From Geosiphon pyriformis uo1 (Eukaryota; Fungi; Glomeromycota), in assembly GCA_016748015.1 (NCBI GenBank), contig JAAOMT010000591.1:66933-130932 (forward strand): a stretch of DNA of 64,000 nucleotides. The letters run 5' to 3'. Under the pieces are notes generated by a model. The model made no database searches. It was not told the origin of the DNA and was given only the letters and a program-made list of their open reading frames with translations. Positions within the stretch are counted from its first letter, which is position 1. Each line of letters opens with the position of its first letter. Shown here one piece after another: positions 60,390 to 64,000 of this stretch. The position numbers and the translations under genes were made by a program.

Positions 60390-61173
60390 TATATAATTTT
60401 CATATTTAAAGTATTTTACATTAATACTAAAATCAATATTGTAAATATGCAATTTAAAATTGCATATTAAAAATTCTGATATATTTACTTTTGTTTTGTA
60501 AAGTTTTTTATTTGTGTGTAAATTTCCAAACATCATAATAAAAAAGCTTATTTTGTATATTATTCACCTTTACATGAATGAACTGTTTATTGGGTATTAG
60601 AACTTTTCGTAAGATATGAGAAAATTTAAATACCAAATATAATTTAAATCTCAAAGTACTGTAACGAATCAGTCTTAGTCTTCAAATCGAACGGTTAAAT
60701 TTTCACCACTCTGTTTTAATTACACACGCAGAATAAGGGATAATAAACAGCAAAATCCATTGACTTTGAAAACTTATCTTTGTGTTTGCTTTACTCTTTT
60801 TCTTTTGTGATGTTTAGCTTATTGCTATTAACATATCTAATGTTATAATTAACTATGGTACACACAGTTCACCAACACCTGGAATTTCAAGTCCTTTGTA
60901 ACATCCATTATATGAATGATTTAGTATAATTTTGCCTGAGATTATGTTGAGCAAAATGCAAGCTTGTTCAAACTCGCTAGTTTTTGAGGTGTTTAATATG
61001 AACTAACAGGTTTTCGAAGAAAATATTGTTGCAATATTTTAACAATTCATAACTTGATTAATTCTCTTGAAATAAATATGTAGAAAATTGATGTCAATCT
61101 TCTACATTATTGAAATAATAACTATACGATGTTATTTCTTCAATACCATTCAATTGGATAAAAAAAAGTTGAA

Positions 61174-62350
61174 TTATTTCTGTGCAACCAAGATCTCATC
61201 GAGAACCTTATTCAATCCACCCACCATCTCATCTGGAATTGTTTCGAGCGCCTTTAATTCCCTACCAAAAACCTCACCGAGTTTCTTGCACAACACGGGC
61301 AAAACATCTTCAACACTTATATTGACCCCATTGGTTTTGTTTCGCGATTTTCCAAATTCTTTAGTGATCGAGGTCATTTTCTTGTTACTCAATCCACACG
61401 GAACGATATACTCAAACCAATCCAAGTCGGTGTTACAATTGAGAGCGAATCCGTGGGATGTGATATAGCGTTGGATCTGTATTCCTTTTAATCGAATCGA
61501 ACAATTAAAAATTTAAAAGGATAAAAAAAATCAGGAGAATTTAATGATTACTGTACCAATCGCGCAAATTTTCTCCTCTCCAACCCATACACCTGTGTGC
61601 TCGGTTTTCCCAGCATTAATCTTATATGCTGCACATGTCTCTATAATGACATGTTCAATGGCGGCTACATAACATCTTACCGAAAGCTTTCTTGGAAGAG
61701 TATTTGAATGAATTAAAGCCAAGGTAAGATTATTTCAATTTCATGCACAATAGAAAAATATATTGTAAAAAAATACCTTGAAATTTTTTAAATCGAAGAT
61801 GGGATATCCGACCAACTGACCTGGGCCATGAAAGGTAGTTTGCCCACCACGTAAGGTCTTTATATGTTTTTATCCAATTTTAAATAAATTTTTTTTTAAA
61901 TTTTCTCCAACATTATTTTAAAATATTCTAAATATAAGACAGGGTTTTTTGTTCCTAAAGTCTTACTTTCGTTTATCTAAAGAATAACTAAGCAATAAAC
62001 CCAACTTGAAAACATTCCGCACCCATATCCCTTAATCTTGCTTCTTCGATCGCCTTCGCCGTTTTCCCTCTATCTCTTCTACCATTTGTATAGGTAGGTG
62101 GGTGTTGTAACAAAAGCAAAACATCAGTGGAGGCTATTCTTTTGTATCTCTCAGCTTCTACGGTTGAACAACCAGTTTTTAAAAGTTGGCGTGCGGTTAA
62201 CCTCCTTGTAACAAGGTTTTCTTGAAGACGGAGAGCAGTAGCATAGGGGAGTTGGGAAAGGTAAACGTAGGGCAGATATGAAGAGAAAGAATAATAGGGC
62301 GTTATACAAGGAAGAGAGAACAGCGAACGGCCACGATTAACGAAAGACAT
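61174..62350 (-). CDS. LIP2: mitochondrial octanoyltransferase (LipB/Lip2); exons 62350-62006, 61857-61777, 61686-61557, 61484-61174
   Basis: [58 protein letters not shown]. Three GT-AG introns join in frame. Basic/hydroxylated N-terminal extension. Confidence 0.93.
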
Positions 62351-62399
62351 AATTTTGATTCACAAAGTTCCATTAACCATTAGTATATAGTATTGATGT

Positions 62400-63200
62400 T
62401 TTTGTTATTTAAAGATAATATTTTAATAAATTACACTTTGTCAAAGCAATAATTTAAAAATTATAATTAATATTAAATAAATTGAAATAATATTTTAATA
62501 AATTACAACTAATATAATATATTAATTAAAAACTATGTGTTATTTTTGTAATTTTATTTTTAAATTAAATTAATCATAATATTAATAAAATAAAATTCTT
62601 TTTTTTATTAATTTTTAAATCACAAAAAAGAACAAAGTTTTTTTGAAAAAGTTTTTTTTGTTTTTTTTTGTTTTATATATACATAATATTGAATTTGTTT
62701 ATAAAATAGTAATTGGTTATAAAAAGTATATTTGGTTGTTCAACTTTTTGGTTAAAACTATAATAGAAAAAAATAATATTTTATATACAAATAATTTGTG
62801 CATAAATTTATTAATAGTTTTTTTATTACAGTATTTAAAGATATTAAATATTATAAAAAATTATAATGTGTGTTTTGGTTTAAAAATTTTTTGAATATTT
62901 GTTAAATAAATAAAAATATTGTATTTAACAACTTTTTTATTTAAAAATTGATTATATTAAATATTTTTAACAAAAATATTTTTAAAAATAAGATTAAAAA
63001 GAATTTTAATTTCAATAATAATAAAAATAAAATAATTAATATTAATATTAATAGTATAAAAAATAAATTTGTAAATAAGACTGGTTTTAATATAAGTAAT
63101 AATAAAAAAGTTTTTAATTATTTAAAAATTTAAAAAATTTAAAAATATTAAAACTGGTTTTTTTAAAAAAAAATATTGTAAATTAACAAACTTTTTTCTC
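62400..63200. other. extremely AT-rich tract, probably decayed repeat
   Basis: Near-absence of G/C. The ORFs here are K/N/I/F compositional artefacts. Confidence 0.35.
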
Positions 63201-63299
63201 TTCTTCATCTAAAATTTCCAAAAAAGAGTTAAAAGTTTTTTGAAAAAAAGTTTTTACAATTCAGTATAATAAATTCAATTTTTTTTTGCTTAATTACAA

Positions 63300-63866
63300 G
63301 GTCACTATTGGCTGAAGTATTGCTGTAATAAAAAAGTTTGTTAAAGGCTTTGGTGCTAATACTGTTGGCAAAAATATTGCCTCTAAAAAAAAGAAAAAGA
63401 GAGATGTTCTAAAAGATAGTACTATTTATAAAATAATTTTTTCTAAAAAAGCAGTCAGTTGTTCTTGAATGTCTAAAGCTGATAATATTACCAAATCTAA
63501 TAGTGTTAATATAAAAAAGAAGTATTTAGTAGAAAAAACCAGTGTAGATTATAAAAAAAAGGATGTATTTAATAAAAATAATTCTAACCAAATACCAAAA
63601 AGTCCAAAATTGATGACAAAAAAAGCTTTGAATATATTATTAAAAAAGATCAATTTTTTAAGTGATATTAATAATGATAATATTCTCTTAGATGCTTTTG
63701 TAGTTCTTTTTTTTTTGCTGAAAAATCCAGTCAATGTGTCTGTTAAGAATTCATTTGTTCTGAACATTAGTCTAGATAAAGTTGTTAAAAAATCATCTTA
63801 GAAGAAGCTTGTAGTTATTAGAAAGTTATTTTTAAAAGTTAATGATTTTGGGGGGGGTCTCTACCC
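63300..63866 (+). pseudogene. decayed ORF, probably LINE ORF1 N-terminus
   Basis: YLVEKTSVDY..KKAL..KINF..VSVKNSFVLNISLDKVVKKSS*KKLVVIRKLFLKVNDFGGVSTP resembles a multicopy non-LTR ORF1 I recall from Geosiphon-type genomes. Same G>A decay as the TEs. No RT visible in the window. Confidence 0.45.
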
Positions 63867-64000
63867 TGTTACTAGTAGAATTTTAGCTATTAATTAGCAT
63901 GAAATTACCCTTATAATTCCTATAATTCATTAGTATATTAATATCATTTTAAATTATCATTTATTATTTAATCAATTATTACATATCAGAATTCAATTAA
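63867..64000. mobile_element. probable start of another LTR insertion
   Basis: The upstream ORF is cut abruptly at TGTTAC, the terminus used by the other LTRs here. The other end is outside the window. Confidence 0.45.

Noticed and set aside
62643-63133. K/N/I/F-rich ORFs
   Set aside because: Compositional artefacts of very AT-rich DNA, with no motifs.

Overview
AT-rich eukaryotic DNA with short spliceosomal introns. Gene and TE style suggest a Glomeromycotina fungus; the TE proteins resemble ones I recall from Geosiphon-type genomes, which is inference only. There are three intact minus-strand host genes: a BMT6-like rRNA methyltransferase (5707-6664), a long multi-exon coiled-coil gene (6860-11427) and LIP2/LipB (61174-62350). 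Almost everything else is dead transposon sequence riddled with C>T/G>A changes. The centre is one 48.8-kb nest. A Ginger-type integrase DNA transposon (TIRs at 11542 and 60389) contains non-autonomous LTR element E and a pogo/Tigger-like element (17261-60073). The latter holds a degraded unknown gene, Ty3/Gypsy element A (carrying B in its 5' LTR and C in gag), element D and a solo LTR. LTR elements F and G are at the left edge; a probable LINE ORF1 remnant and another LTR start are at the right edge. The best lead is that every Gypsy element whose 3' internal region is intact carries a ~210-245 aa accessory ORF with its own TATA box between integrase and the PPT, and its type co-varies with a family-specific tandem array in U3. 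This could be a transactivator or anti-silencer with its binding sites. A/B/C also encode a Cys-rich domain plus dUTPase between protease and RT, appear to start Gag at a conserved GTG, and have an LTR hairpin whose 5-nt loop is inverted between the two LTRs in 3 of 4 pairs.
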